NCBI RefSeq assembly: GCF_006345805.1
Contig: NC_042999.1
Location: 8,680,001 to 8,744,000 of the forward strand
Origin: Octopus sinensis
Lineage: Eukaryota
Length of the DNA: 64,000 nt
Direction: 5' to 3'
The notes beneath the pieces were generated by a model that made no database searches, was not told the DNA's origin, and saw only the letters and a program-made list of their open reading frames with translations. A program made the position numbers and the translations under genes. Shown in pieces: positions 23,594 to 36,396 of this stretch. The stretch's first letter is position 1; the number at the start of each line of letters is the position of its first letter.

Positions 23594-24878
23594 TATTGGG
23601 CTGTCAGATAAATTTGGTAATTGCTTTATGTGAATTAACGAGAAAAAATATTTTTATCACTGTATATCAAGGTCTTTTGTGGTTCTGTTGTTCCTCAACA
23701 ACTTTGGTTTATTGTCTTTGAAATTTGAATAAATTTTGCAACTTTTAAGTTTTATGACGTTGGTATTTGCAAACAGAAAAAACTAGCATTTTCGATACTT
23801 GATTCCCCTCACTTTCAGTCAAGATTCCAAAGCTGTCAGAACCGTTCGATACATTTGTGCGGTGAATTAAGAAGTCACTGTTACTGACAGAACTGCACAG
23901 AAATGATTTCCACGTTTGAAGGAGAAATTTGACCGCGCAGTCTCTCTGTATTCTGGCTGACCTGTTCAGTTCAATGACGATTGATTGAAGGAGCTCATCC
24001 ACGGGTATCCGTACAATTCCACTCGAGAATTGGTCCAGTAGATGGTCTGCTCTGTCACCTTCACTCGGTGGGTCCAAAAAACCCGACACGGCGACACAGT
24101 CAGCTCGTTCTACATAACAACGCTCACTCCCAAATCGCTATTGAAGTGTTCGGTTGGGGAATTCTTCTGCATCCGTGGTATTCTCCTGCTATAGCGCCTG
24201 TAAATAAATTATGACCTTTTTTCGGTCGCTCTCCTGCAGTTTACGGAGCGCTTCGTTCAACAACGGTATGGAATTGAAACATGGATCGATGCATTCTTCG
24301 AGTCGAGACCCCGTGATTTCTACCATCAAGGCATAAACAGGCTTGTGGAACGTTGGCAAGAAGACGTCAACAACGAAGGAGAATATATTCTTTTCTACTC
24401 TATGCACAAGGCCCGAAATTTTGGGGGAGGGGACCAGTCGATTAGATCGGTTCCCGTACGCTACTGGTACTTAATTTATCGACCCCGAAAGAATGAAAGG
24501 CAAAGTCGACCTAGGTGGAATTTGAACTCAGAACGTAAAGACAGACGAAATACCTAATTCTTTACTGCCCACAAAGGGCTAAACACAGAGAAGACAAACA
24601 AGGACAGACAAACGGATTAAGTCGATTATATCGACCCCAGTGCGTAACTGGTACTTATTTAATCGACCCCGAAAGGATGAAAGGCAAAGTCGACCTCGGC
24701 GGAATTTGAACTCAGAACGTAACTACAGATAAGCATTTCGCCCGGCGTGCTAACGGTTCTGCCAGCTCGCCGCCTTATTGAAGGAGAATATATTATTGCC
24801 AGATTCGTTAGAATTGTCGTTGAAGAATAAGGATTAAAATATACGAAAACTCCAACGAATTTATGCGACAATTCAGTA
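23594..24878 (+). mobile_element. Degenerate mariner DNA transposon with a nested SINE dimer
   Basis: LHNNAHS...GWGILLHPWYSPAIAP (cf. LHDNARPH, GWEVLPHPPYSPDLAP) and IETWIDAFFESRPRDFYHQGINRLVERWQEDVNNEGEYI. Imperfect TIRs TATTGGGCTGTCAGATAAATT and TACTGAATTGTCGCATAAATT with TA ends. Confidence 0.88.
24390..24779 (-). mobile_element. SINE family A heterodimer with 15-bp TSD
   Basis: TSD GAAGGAGAATATATT at 24375-24389 and 24780-24794. Confidence 0.92.
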
Positions 24879-25369
24879 GATTTCTTTCATCTTTCTTTTT
24901 CTTTTCCCTTTCTTTCCGTTCTTTATCGTGTTGTGACTTCCTTTCTATTCCTACGTTCCATAAATCCGAATACTCCTCCCCACCATCACTAGCTCTTCTT
25001 TCTCTCTTTCTGTCCCCATTCAAGACTAAATGTTATCTAAATGTGTTTCGAGGCAGAATGGGAATTATTAGAAAATAGACTTTTTCATTCCTCATAATTT
25101 CAAAATAAATTTCAATGTCTCTATAGAATCTTGTTTACCTTCAAACATTATTCGTATTATTTTCCATTCAATTACGATCACCTGTTTCCACTCTACTCTC
25201 AATATATATCCTTTCTCCGCCGCACTATTCTTTTTCTTTTCCTTTCCCCCTTTTTATAAAACTGTGGCTCTCTTTCTCGTTCTATTCCTCCCTCCGTTTA
25301 CTTAACATTCTGGAAAGTTAGATGCATTCATCTCTTACAAATTCCATCAATCTGTTTTATCTACGTTTA

Positions 25370-25455
<86 letters not shown>

Positions 25456-25464
25456 ACTAACTAA

Positions 25465-25527
<63 letters not shown>

Positions 25528-25536
25528 ACTAACTAA

Positions 25537-25626
<90 letters not shown>

Positions 25627-25647
25627 ACTAACTAACTAACTAACTAA

Positions 25648-25686
<39 letters not shown>

Positions 25687-25700
25687 TCTATCTATCCCTC
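25370..25700. repeat. (TCTA)n/(ACTA)n/(TCTG)n microsatellite
   Basis: Direct reading. Confidence 0.95.
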
Positions 25701-26689
25701 TGCTAGTTTGTCTGACTGCCTATGTATCTCTCGACGTATCTATATCTATCTATGTGTCTGTCTGATTGTCTGTCTGGCTGTCTGTCTATCTGTCTGTTTG
25801 TCTATCTGTCGGAGTCTCCCTCTCTTTCTCCCGATAAAACTTAATCTTTACAATAAAGTAACAGGCAGTTGCTTATCATAAACTTTACATTTCTTTTTCG
25901 CTTTGGGACTTCTTAATACGATAACCTTTCTAGTGCTTCATGCTATTTTCCAATAATCACATTTCCCCAATAAACACACCTTCTTTCTACTCATTATGGA
26001 TTCTACAATGCAACATACTGTAAATTAAAATTTATGAGCTGCACCCACTTTCCTGACTCTTTCTACTTAAAATTCTTATTCGCTAACACACTCCCCAACA
26101 ATAAACACAACATTTTTCCCAAAAAGTAAAATTTTTCGTCTGTTATCGTAGTTCAAAGCTGAACAGAAGCATGTTTGTTAATTCGTTTGTTTCTTTAGAA
26201 TTCTCTAGGTTTATATGTTCTTTACTTTCTCACTTTTTCTTACGTTACTACTTCATCTTTCTTTTTGCCATATTTGGCAAATGTCTCATTGATTTTTCAC
26301 ATTACCTCTTTTATATCTTAATAACTTGTCAAACGTTTAACATTTTGAATGATAACTTTTAATATAAACTTAAAAATATCTTCCATCCATTTGAAAAAGG
26401 GTAACTCAAAACTCAGAGCAACGAAATTGATATTGATATTGTTGTTGTTTGGTTAATATGCATAAGTATATCATGTTATAGCGATCGTCCCCATACATAT
26501 CTGAGTATATGTGGTGACATAAATACCATAAATAGTCACACATATTCTTATAACTATCGGGAAAGTTTTGTGGAATTTATGTCTGTATGTCTTTCAAAAG
26601 ACTAACACATCACCACATTGTCACCTGCTCTAAATCTTTGTTATTCCAATCTAAGTTTAGCTCTGAATATTTAGCAACATTCTCATTCG

Positions 26690-27565
26690 CCTGATATCAT
26701 GTATGATGTATAACAAATATATAACAGGATATCATGTATGATATATAATAAATATATAAGAGGATATCATGTATGATATATAATAAATATATAAGAGGAT
26801 ATCATGTATGATATATAATAAATATATAACAGGATATCATGTATAATATATAATAAATATATAATAGGATAATATGTATGGTATATAATAAATATATAAT
26901 AGGATAATATGTATGGTATATAATAAATATATAACAGGATATCATGTATGGTATATAATAAATATATAACAGGATATCATGTATAATATATAATAAATAT
27001 ATAATAGGATAATATGTATGGTATATAATAAATATATAAGAGGATATCATGTATGTATATAATAAATATATAACAGGATATCATGTATGATATATAACAA
27101 ATATATAACAGGATATCATGTATATATATAATAAATATATATAGGATAATATGTATGGTATATAATAAATTATAACAGGATATCATGTATGGTATATAAT
27201 AAATATATAACAGGATATCATGTATAATATATAATAAATATATAATAGGATAATATGTATGGTATATAATAAATATATAAGAGGATATCATGTATGGTAT
27301 ATAATAAATATATAACAGGATATCATGTATGATATATAACAAATATATAACAGGATATCATGTATAATATATAATAAATATATAATAGGATAATATGTAT
27401 GATATAATAAATATATAACAGGATATCATGTATGATATAATAAATATATAACAGGATATCATGTATGGTATATATCATGTATGGTATATAATAAATATAT
27501 AACAGGATATCATGTATGATATATAACAAATATATAACAGGATATCATGTATGATATATAATAAA
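26690..27565. repeat. 35-bp AT-rich minisatellite (~25 units)
   Basis: AGGATATCATGTATGATATATAATAAATATATAA(C/G). AGGAT recurs at 26761 and 26796. Confidence 0.95.
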
Positions 27566-27854
27566 TTCACCAGACCACATACTGTGTCTACTTAGCTAAT
27601 TCTTAGCTAATGTTAGCATCACCAACCAAGTGAGACAGATCACAGAGCAACCTGATCGTTGGGTTGGCTTTTAGCAGAAACTACTTGGATCGCAAGCAAT
27701 GACCTAATTTTGCTGTTTCTTCTTTACTTGGAACGGAAACCCGTCAGCTGCTGTAAAAAGACACCAAATTCCTTCATTTAACGAAGACATAACAACGTAA
27801 GTATTGATTCTTATAACAGTTTAGGTTGCCTTTCTTTTTGGCCAGTGAAGGTAA

Positions 27855-28258
27855 CTCTCTTTTACTCTTTTACTTGTTTCAGTCATTTGACTGCGGCCAT
27901 ACTGGAGCACCGCCTTTAATCGAGCAACTCGACCCCGGGACTTATTCTGTGGTAAGCCCAGTACTTATTCTATCGGTCTCTTTTGCTGAACCGCTAAGTA
28001 ACGGGGACATAAACACACCAGCATCGGTTGTCAATCAATGCTAAGGGGATACACAGACACACAAACACACACACGCATATATATATACATATATACGACG
28101 GGCTTCTTTCAGTTTCCATCAACCAAATCCACTCACAAGGCTTTGGTCGGCCCGAGGCTATAGTAGAAGACACTTGCCCAAGGTGCAACGCAGTGGGACT
28201 GAACCCGGAACCATGTGGCTGGTAAGCAAGCTACTTACCACACAGCCACTCCTGCGCC
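27855..28258 (-). mobile_element. SINE family C, full length
   Basis: Head GGCGCAGGAGTGGCTGTGTGGTAAG, CORE-like block, internal microsatellite, (GAGTAAAA)n tail. Confidence 0.9.
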
Positions 28259-28359
28259 TACGTCAATAACTATTTCACATCGTGGTTTATTAAAGTGTGA
28301 GAACGTATTTAAATGATTTTCGTAATCTACTTCTGCATATCAGTTGGTTAACAATAAGG

Positions 28360-28730
28360 GAAATGCTTTGCGCCGTTTCGTCTGCTGTTACGTTTGTCTG
28401 AGTTCAAATTCCGCCGAGGTCGACTTTGCCTTTCATCCTTTCGGGGTCGATAAATTAAGTACCAGTTACGCACAGGAGTCGATATAATCGACTTAATCCG
28501 TTTGTCTGTCCTTGTTTGTCTCCTCTGTGTTTAGCCCTTGTGGTTAGTAAAGAAATAGGTATTTCGTCTGCCGTTACGTTCTGAGTTCAAATTCCGCCGA
28601 GGTCGACTTTGCCTTTCATCCTTTCGGGATCGATAAATTAAGCACCAGTTGCGTATTGGGATCGATCTATTTGACTCCCCCCCCCCACCAGAAAAAATTT
28701 CGAGCCTTGTGCCTAGAGTAGAAAAGAATA
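28360..28730 (+). mobile_element. SINE family A heterodimer (tail 1 then tail 2)
   Basis: First unit ends GTAAAGAAATA|GGTATTTC. Second ends CCTTGTGCCTAGAGTAGAAAAGAAT. Confidence 0.85.
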
Positions 28731-28884
28731 ATAGGAGAGTGCAATGTAAAGATTAACTCATAGTAATTCCACAAACAGAGAAGAAACAATATTACAAAAG
28801 GTCAAATATCGGTTCTTATATCCTCATTCTTCTTCATAATATCTTCCAGTCATATATTTATGTATTTATTGCCCACACGGAGGT

Positions 28885-29092
28885 TAAGCATAGAGGGAAC
28901 AAACAAGGACAGACAAAGGGATTAAGTCGATTACATCGACTCCAGTGCATAACTGGTACTTATTTAATCGACTCCGAAAGGATGAAAGGCAAAGTCGACC
29001 TCGGCGGAATTTGAACTCAGAACGTACCGGCAGACGAAATGCCGCTATGCATTTCGCCCGATGTGCCAACTACTCTGCCATTTCACCGCCTT
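28885..29092 (-). mobile_element. SINE family A
   Basis: Same head and central domain, followed by (AAT)n at 29093-29377. Confidence 0.88.
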
Positions 29093-29210
29093 AATAATAA
29101 TAATAATAATAATAATAATGATGATGATGATGCTAATAATAATAATGATAATAATAGTAATAATAATATTAATAATAATAATGATAATGATAATAATGAT
29201 GATGATGATG

Positions 29211-29246
<36 letters not shown>

Positions 29247-29282
29247 TAATAATAATAATATAATAATAATGATAACAACAGC

Positions 29283-29358
<76 letters not shown>

Positions 29359-29874
29359 TAATAATAATAATAATAATGGCTTCCCTTACTGGCTGACGAT
29401 ATGTGCATCTCTGACCATGAGCAGAAGTTGTGGGGGAGCATCATAGTCTGGTGTTGAAAGGGAAATTTGGTGGTTTGGATAATTCACCTCTGGAAACATG
29501 GCTGGTTCGTTCAACATCCTTAAACAACCCTTATTCAGGGACCTTTTGAGCGGGATGGGTTATTCGACCAGAAGAAAATTCTAACCCGGCCCCACATGCA
29601 AGGTCATGTGCTGTTTATCTTGATATGAGATCACCATGTCGCGCACATATAAATGTTCTAATATCTATACGGCCTTGGTTTTTTATCTCATTACGCAAAA
29701 TATTCTTATATACACATGCTGACGTAGTGCCAACGTTGAACCCCTTATTCGCAAAATTACCGAATCTGGAACTTAACTATGGTCTGTCTATAGCACTTAT
29801 TCTGCATTACCTGACGCCTTTGGGTCTCAATGACACCATTATCTCTTATATATATTTATATATATATATATAAA

Positions 29875-30068
29875 GTTAATCCAAACAAGAAAGCACAAAA
29901 AAAACACAACAACGCGAGGACGTGGAACAAATATAGTATTATTGGACGCTCAGGAAAGAAGGAGGATTTAACGTTTCGAGCGGAGCTCTTCGTCGGAAAC
30001 ATAGGAGAAGGAAAGATCCAGAGAAAGGAAGACAGAGGAAAAAAAATCGCCAACGGTACACACGCGGT

Positions 30069-30085
<17 letters not shown>
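29875..30085 (-). mobile_element. Solo Penelope-like pLTR with hammerhead (U4C core variant)
   Basis: GUUU-CCGACGA-A-GAGC(UCC)GCUC-GAAA-CGU-U/AAAU at ~29966-30000. Flanked by (TA)n. Confidence 0.7.
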
Positions 30086-30109
<24 letters not shown>

Positions 30110-30117
<8 letters not shown>

Positions 30118-30429
30118 CGGTAAGCTTTATGAAAATAGACAAAAGACGAAGGCAGGTTTACGGAAATAAACAAAAGACGAAGGCAGGTGGAATACAAACA
30201 AACAATTGTATTAGTATGGCGCTCAGGAAATATAAATGAAACAAGTCTTTAACGTTCCGAGCCTACGCTCTTCAACAGAAAGATACACAGAGAAAAAAAA
30301 CACAGAAAGAAGGAGAGAAAAAATATATGCCTGCAAAAGCTAGCGAATCAACATGGCGATCTGATTTCGGCCAGAAGTCAAAGATCAAACATGAGACGCA
30401 AGAGCGAAATTAGGGGAGATAATAGGGTT
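30110..30429 (-). repeat. pLTR, 3' copy (hammerhead GAAA mutated to GGAA)
   Basis: Nearly identical to 34384-34704. Plus strand reads AACGTTCCGAGCC instead of AACGTTTCGAGCC. Confidence 0.92.
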
Positions 30430-30934
30430 GAATGACCCCCGCTCAAACATAAGAGTGTGTGTGTGTGTGTGTGTGTGTGTATGAGAAGAGTGTGTGTGTG
30501 TGTATGAGAGAGTATTAGTGCGTATGAGAGGTCTAGACGTGTGTATGTATATATGATGTGATGTGTAAAGTCGTATGGTGTAGTGTAGAGAGAGGAGAAG
30601 AGGGGGGAGGTAAGGGGAGATGGGGTGAGGGGGAGATGGGAGGGGTGAGGGGGAGAAAAAAGGGGAGAAGAAGAGGGGGAAGGGGAGGGGAGAGAAGGAA
30701 GGAGAGGAGAAAAGGAGGGGAGGGGAGGAGGGAGGATAGAGGGAGAGGGGAGAGAGAGAGAAGGGGAGTGAGGGAGCAGAGGGAGCAGAGGGAAGGGGAA
30801 GAGGGAAGAAGGAGGGAGGGAGAAAGAGGGAAGAAGGGAAGAGGAGTAGGGGTGAAAGGATAAAGGGCTGAAGAGAAGTAGGGGTCGGGGGGAGGTTAGA
30901 TGAGGAGGGGGGAGAGGGGGTTAGATGAGGAGGG

Positions 30935-31420
30935 GGGAGAGTTGAGACCAAATGACATATAACAGCGAAGAGAGAAGATTAATTCCTGTTCACGGCGCAA
31001 ACGGGAATCCGGATAGCCTCTGTGTAAGGACAAACCGAACACAGACAGGTGTTGCTAGGAGTGACCGGTGGAGCGGAAATGGCGTGAAACCGGTGTGTCG
31101 TTCGCAAGGTGGATGTCACGAAGGTGTTCCGCGAACCGGTCAGCCAAGCGGCGTCCCGTTTGTCCGATGTACAGGGAATGGCAGAGAGAGCAAGAGACGC
31201 AATAGATAATATTGCTGGAGGTGCAGGTGATGATGCGAAAGGGTCGATGATGGGTGCCAGTGAGGAGGGTGGTGTTGGAGAGGTAAGGGCAAGTGCGGCA
31301 ACGTGGGCGGGAGCAGGGGAACGAGCCAGGTTGGGAGGTAGGGTCAGGGAAGGAGCTATGGACCAAAAGGTCTCGAAGGTAATGGGCTCGTTTGAAAGAG
31401 GGGAGGGGTCGGTTAGGGAA
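30935..31420 (-). pseudogene. GIY-YIG endonuclease domain of the PLE
   Basis: CRTCPY...CTSSNIIYCVSCSLCHSLYIGQTGRRLADRFAEHLRDI...VSRHFRSTGHS, then frameshifted RLRREQELIFSL...GLN. Confidence 0.93.
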
Positions 31421-33720
31421 GAGGTGTGAAGTGGACGGGTCGGACTGGAGATGACGGAAAGCTCGAAGAATGGTGCGTTGGAGAGGTAGGGTCGTGGGTT
31501 GGTAAGTGAGGGGAAAATGGAGGCGGGAGACTACAGGGCGGGTTCGGGGAGAGAGAGCAGATACACGGTCCACGGAAGTGCTCTGGCAAGGGCGGTGTGG
31601 ATAGTGGTGAGGGGGTATCCACGTAGGATGAAGTGGTGAGCCATACGTTGAGACTGAGTCCTAAAGTCATGGTCGTCACTACAGAGCCTACGTAGACGGA
31701 GGAATTGGGAATAGGGGATGGAAAGCTTGGTGTGTTCTGGGTGGGAGGAAGAGAAGTTGAGGTAAGAGTGTGAGTCTGTGTGTTTGTAGTGAATGGAGGT
31801 GGTAAGAGTGGAGTGAAGAATGCTAACCGAAATGTCGAGGAAGGAGACAGAGGTGTAGGAGATAGTGGAAGTGAAGTGGAGGGCTGGATGGAAAGATTGA
31901 ACAAAAGAGAGGAGGGAATCTAGATGTTCACGGGAGAGTGAGGTGGCACCGATAATGTCGTCAATGTAACGACCATATAGTTCAGGAGTGGGACCAGTGA
32001 AATTAGAGAATATTTGGGCCTCAACATAGCCAACGAACAGGTTCGCATAGTTGGGGCCCATTCACGTTCCCATGGCCACTCCTGAGACCTAATGGTAGAA
32101 CTCGCCCGTGAACGAGAAGCAGTTAAGAGTAAGGACAAGTTCGGCCAGACGAATGAGTGTGGAGGTGTCAGGTTCAGGGTTGGAGCGGAGGTCAAGAAAG
32201 TGTTGAAGTGCCTGCAGTCCTTCGTGGTGAGGGATAACGGTATAGAGGCTCTGAATGTCCATATTAAAAAGGATTTTGGAGGAGCCGTGAGGAAAGGAGA
32301 AAGAGTTGAAAAGCCGGAGAGCATGGTTGGTATCGTGGATGTGGGAGGGAAGAGATGCCACTAGGGGGCAAGGACACGGTCGAGGTATTTAGAGATGAGC
32401 TCCGTGGGGCAGTTACAGGCGGAGACGATGGGGCGGCCAGGGTTGTTGGGCTTGTGGATTTTGGGGAGGAAGTAAATGGTGGGGGTACGTGGGGTTCGCA
32501 CAATTAGATTGGATGCGGTGTGGGGGAGACGGGAGGACGAGATAAGGTCGCGGACAGTAGAGAATACCGTCTGTTGGTAGCTACGTGTAGGGTTAGAGGA
32601 CAGAGGGGAGTAGAAGGAGGTGTCATTGAGTTGGCGGAAAGCCTCGGCCCTGTAGAGGTCCGCGCCCCACACCACTACAGCTCCACCTTTGTCAGCCGGT
32701 TTGATGATAATGTCAGCGCGCCGTTGGAGGGAACGAAGAGCCGAGAGCTCAGCCGGGGAGATGTTGAGGTGGCGTTGGCGCCTGGAGAACTTGAACCGCT
32801 CCAATGCACGCTGACAAGCGCCCGCGAAAAGATCCACTGCTAGGAACTGGCCGGGGGCAGGCGTCCACGGGGATGGTCGGCGGCCCAGGTCAGTGAAGCA
32901 GTCCTCTTCGTTGGATGTGGGTGGTGAGTCGTGGTAATGCGCACCCAACCGGACGCGGCGCACAAAGCTGTGGACATCAACTCGCGTCTGGAATTCCTTA
33001 CAGGATGGAGTGAGGGGAATGAAACGCAGACCCCTACTAAGGACGGAGCGTTCCGCCGCAGAGAGGGGAAGATCGGGGGGAATGGTAACAACAGACGGAA
33101 GTGGAGAAGGGGTGGGTGGAATAGAAGTAGGACGGGTGGTAGGGCTCGTGGAGGTCTGAGGGGGAGGGATTGGGGAGGTGTGTGGGGGTGGTTGGGAAGG
33201 GCAGTAGGGTTAGGTGTAGGTGGAGGGAGCCTATCAGGAGGGGAGAAGGGGTTGTTGGGTGGGGCAGTGGGGTTAGGTGTGGGTGGATGGAGCCTATCGG
33301 GAGGGGAGAAGGGTAGTGGAGGAGTTGGGGTGGTGGCGTCGGGTGTGGTGGAATGGAGGAGTGATTGGAGTTTACGAAGTTTGGTATCGGAAAGAAATTG
33401 ATGGAAGAGGTGGTTCAAATGGATAATGAAGCGTAGCGTGTTTGGAGCATAGAAAGGCGGCAGAGAGGAGAAAAACGTGAGGAAAGCAGGAGGAAGAAGG
33501 CGGTTGATGGTATGTAGTTTAGAGAGATTGGAGCGAATGGTGGCCCGCATAAGGCGGTAAGATGTGGTGCGGAGTATGGATAAGATGGAAGAATCCGAGT
33601 GGAGAGCAGGGTGGAAGTGGAGGCGGAAACCTTTAGGGATGAGTCGGTGATGTAGGCAGCGGCTTAGGAAAGAGACATGGCTAGAGAAACGGGTTTTTTT
33701 TAAAGAAGTAGAGAGAGATT
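31421..33720 (-). pseudogene. PLE N-terminal and reverse transcriptase domains, several frameshifts
   Basis: HVSFLSRCLHHRLIPKGF, IIIKPADKGGAVVVW, IYFLPKIHKPNNPGRPIVS, MDIQSLYTVIPH, MGPNYANLFVG, YGRYIDDI, SFLDI, IHYKHTDSHSYL. Confidence 0.95.
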
Positions 33721-34383
33721 AATGGACGGCGGAACACAGTTTAAGGGGAGACGGCGGAGGTAATCCTTCAAACGATGATGGATAGTGAGGAGGTAGGACC
33801 ATGATGGATAGTGAGGAGGTAGGCATGATGGAATAGCGAAAAAAAGGGGAAAAAACAAACGTTCGAAAAAAAACAACAAAAAAATAATCGTATGAAAAAA
33901 CTAGATAAAAGAAGCGGTAGGGGCAGAAAATAAAGAGGGAGAAGATGGGGCAAACGGAAAAAGGAAAGAAAGAAGGGAAGCAGAGAGAGGGGGAGGCAAA
34001 AAAAGGGGGTGCAGGCAGAGGAAACAGAGTATGGACATCCAGAGAAGGAAGAAACGACGGAAAGGAGGACAAAACTGCAGGAAAATGTGGAAAGCATGAA
34101 ATGAATGTAAAAAAAGGGGGTAATATATGAGAAAATAAAAATAAAACGAACGGGACAGTTTATGCGAACAAGTTGAAGGTTGAGAGTTCAAGGTTAGAAA
34201 TGTATAGACGTCGTGGTATATTTTTTAAGGATTTCACATCAATAACAAAGTCACTTTGATCCGTGAAAGAGAGGTGCAGCCAATGGTAAGTATCCAAGGG
34301 GTAAAGAAAATCCAATGTAGAGGTAAGAGTTGATAGTGGTGTTGGTAGAATATAGGATGAAAGTGAGACCACGTGAGCGCGTA

Positions 34384-34704
34384 ATATATAACGGTAAGCT
34401 TTATGAAAATAGACAAAAGACGAAGGCAGGTTTACGGAAATAAACAAAAGACGAAGGCAGGTGGAATACAAACAAACAATTGTATTAGTATGGCGCTCAG
34501 GAAATATAAATGAAACAAGTCTTTAACGTTTCGAGCCTACGCTCTTCAACAGAAAGATACACAGAGAAAAAAAACACAGAAAGAAGGAGAGAAAAAAATA
34601 TATGCCTGCAAAAGCTAGCGAATCAACATGGCGATCTGATTTCGGCCAGAAGTCAAAGATCAAACATGAGACGCAAGAGCGAAATTAGGGGAGATAATAG
34701 GGTT
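34384..34704 (-). repeat. pLTR, 5' copy
   Basis: Direct repeat of 30110-30429. Confidence 0.92.
34520..34557 (-). ncRNA. Minimal hammerhead, A6U variant
   Basis: UCUUU-CUGUUGA-A-GAGC(GUAG)GCUC-GAAA-CGU-U/AAAGA. Perfect 5-bp stem I and 4-bp stem II. Confidence 0.75.
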
Positions 34705-35134
34705 AAATATATATATACGTGTGTGTGTGTGGTTGTGTGTATGTGTGCGTGTGTGTATTGGCGTGTGATGAACCTAGAAAGGAAAGAAGCCAATGGAGAT
34801 AGATAGAGAGAGAGAGAGAAAGAAAGAAAGAAAGAAAGAAAGAAAAGAGGAAAGAAAGAAAGAAAGTAAAAGGAAAAAGAGAAACAGATAGACAAGCAGA
34901 ACAGACAGACAGACAGACAGACAGACAAGGTGACAGAGACAAGGCGATAGAGAGAGAATTAAATTCGAAGAGATGTAAGTCTTTCTATCAATTATTAAAC
35001 TCTAAAATTATGTGGGTTCGATTTATTAGAAAATATGTTAATTATATGTCAAATAAAATAAACAAAGCAAATTGGATTTTTTTTATTAAAAAAAAATGCC
35101 GTGGATTCTTCTTCTAAAATCTAACAAATGAAAT

Positions 35135-35524
35135 ATCTTTATATATAAAAGTGAGGTTGTGTGCTGTCTGTCTCCTACGATTTAGATTCCTAACTACTCC
35201 CACATTTTGCGGTGCAGTGTAACCAAAACCGGGTATCTTATAGTCGTGATTCATATCGAGCCCTTCTGGGTATTAGCGCGTGTCTACGGTGAGTCTACGA
35301 TTTTAAAAATTATTTACCATCAATTTTTCCCATTTTTAATGCATTTTTGGCATATATAAGGGAAGTAACTCTCTAAAAGTTTATTATTAAATCTCAGAAC
35401 GTAAAAAGCTACAGTAACACCCCCTCCCTTTGTGGTTAGCCATATTGAGATGGCTATTATACTTTACATCTCTAAAAATGCTTATATAGTTATATATAAG
35501 TTATATATAAGCGATACTACTAGT
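35135..35524 (-). mobile_element. Helentron-type non-autonomous element, second copy
   Basis: Reverse complement of 10556-10951. Confidence 0.75.
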
Positions 35525-36358
35525 TGAGAATAGAATTGAACACAATTAAGAAACTTGCTGGTTCTTTACTTGGCAGACATTGACTGTACAACAAGGGAGG
35601 CAACTCTGAGAATCTTATGTCGTCCACTTTCTCTCTCTCTCCCTATATCCATGTATAGATTCTTTTACTTGTTTCACTCATTTGACTCCGCCTATCCGTC
35701 TACATAATCCACTCACAAGGCTTTGCTTACTCGAAGCTATCCTAGTACATATTTTCCCAAGATGCCACGCAGTGAGATTGAACAAGCAACCATGTGGTTG
35801 GGAAGCAAGCTTCTGATATCCCCAAATTTTTTTACTCTCTCTTCGTCATCGACTATTAATAAATTCAACAACAAATTGAGGAATTTATTAATTGTCTATG
35901 ACTATTTCCTTTTTCTCACTAGACCGCTGGTGGCAAAACAATTTCTGCTGAATTTTTTTGCTACCCTAATATTGATAATTGATAATTTTCTGATTAATTC
36001 CGAAATGGAATCGGCAGCTTATATTTGCTGCCGATAAATTGGCGCGAGTACGATGATTTTGAAAATTTTAGGTCAGATATTGCCGAAGCATTAAGATAGC
36101 TGCCTCGTGTAATTTCTCTCCCTCTTGGCCTCTTTACTGATGAATTGCGTTGGCCTTTGGAAGATTGACTTGATTTAATTTAATCAGGCTGATTTACCAT
36201 TAAAAAACGCTGAAACAATGCATTGTTTAAAGATGAACAGGGTAAATGTTTTTTTAATTTTCCTCTGTTTACGGAATTACTACTATTTGCGGTTGAAGCC
36301 CTGGCTGCTTTCTCTAGTGGGTCGAACGGCCTATTATGGCCGTTCCTCAATTTGTTGT

Positions 36359-36396
<38 letters not shown>

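Larger units (their letters stand above)
30110..34704 (-). mobile_element. Near full-length Penelope-like retroelement (probably Neptune group) with direct pseudo-LTRs
   Basis: ~320-bp near-identical direct repeats 30110-30429 and 34384-34704 enclose an RT + GIY-YIG ORF broken by frameshifts. Confidence 0.95.

Noticed and set aside
30558-33401. Plus-strand G/R/E-rich ORFs over the Penelope element
   Set aside because: Antisense shadows of the C-rich PLE coding strand.
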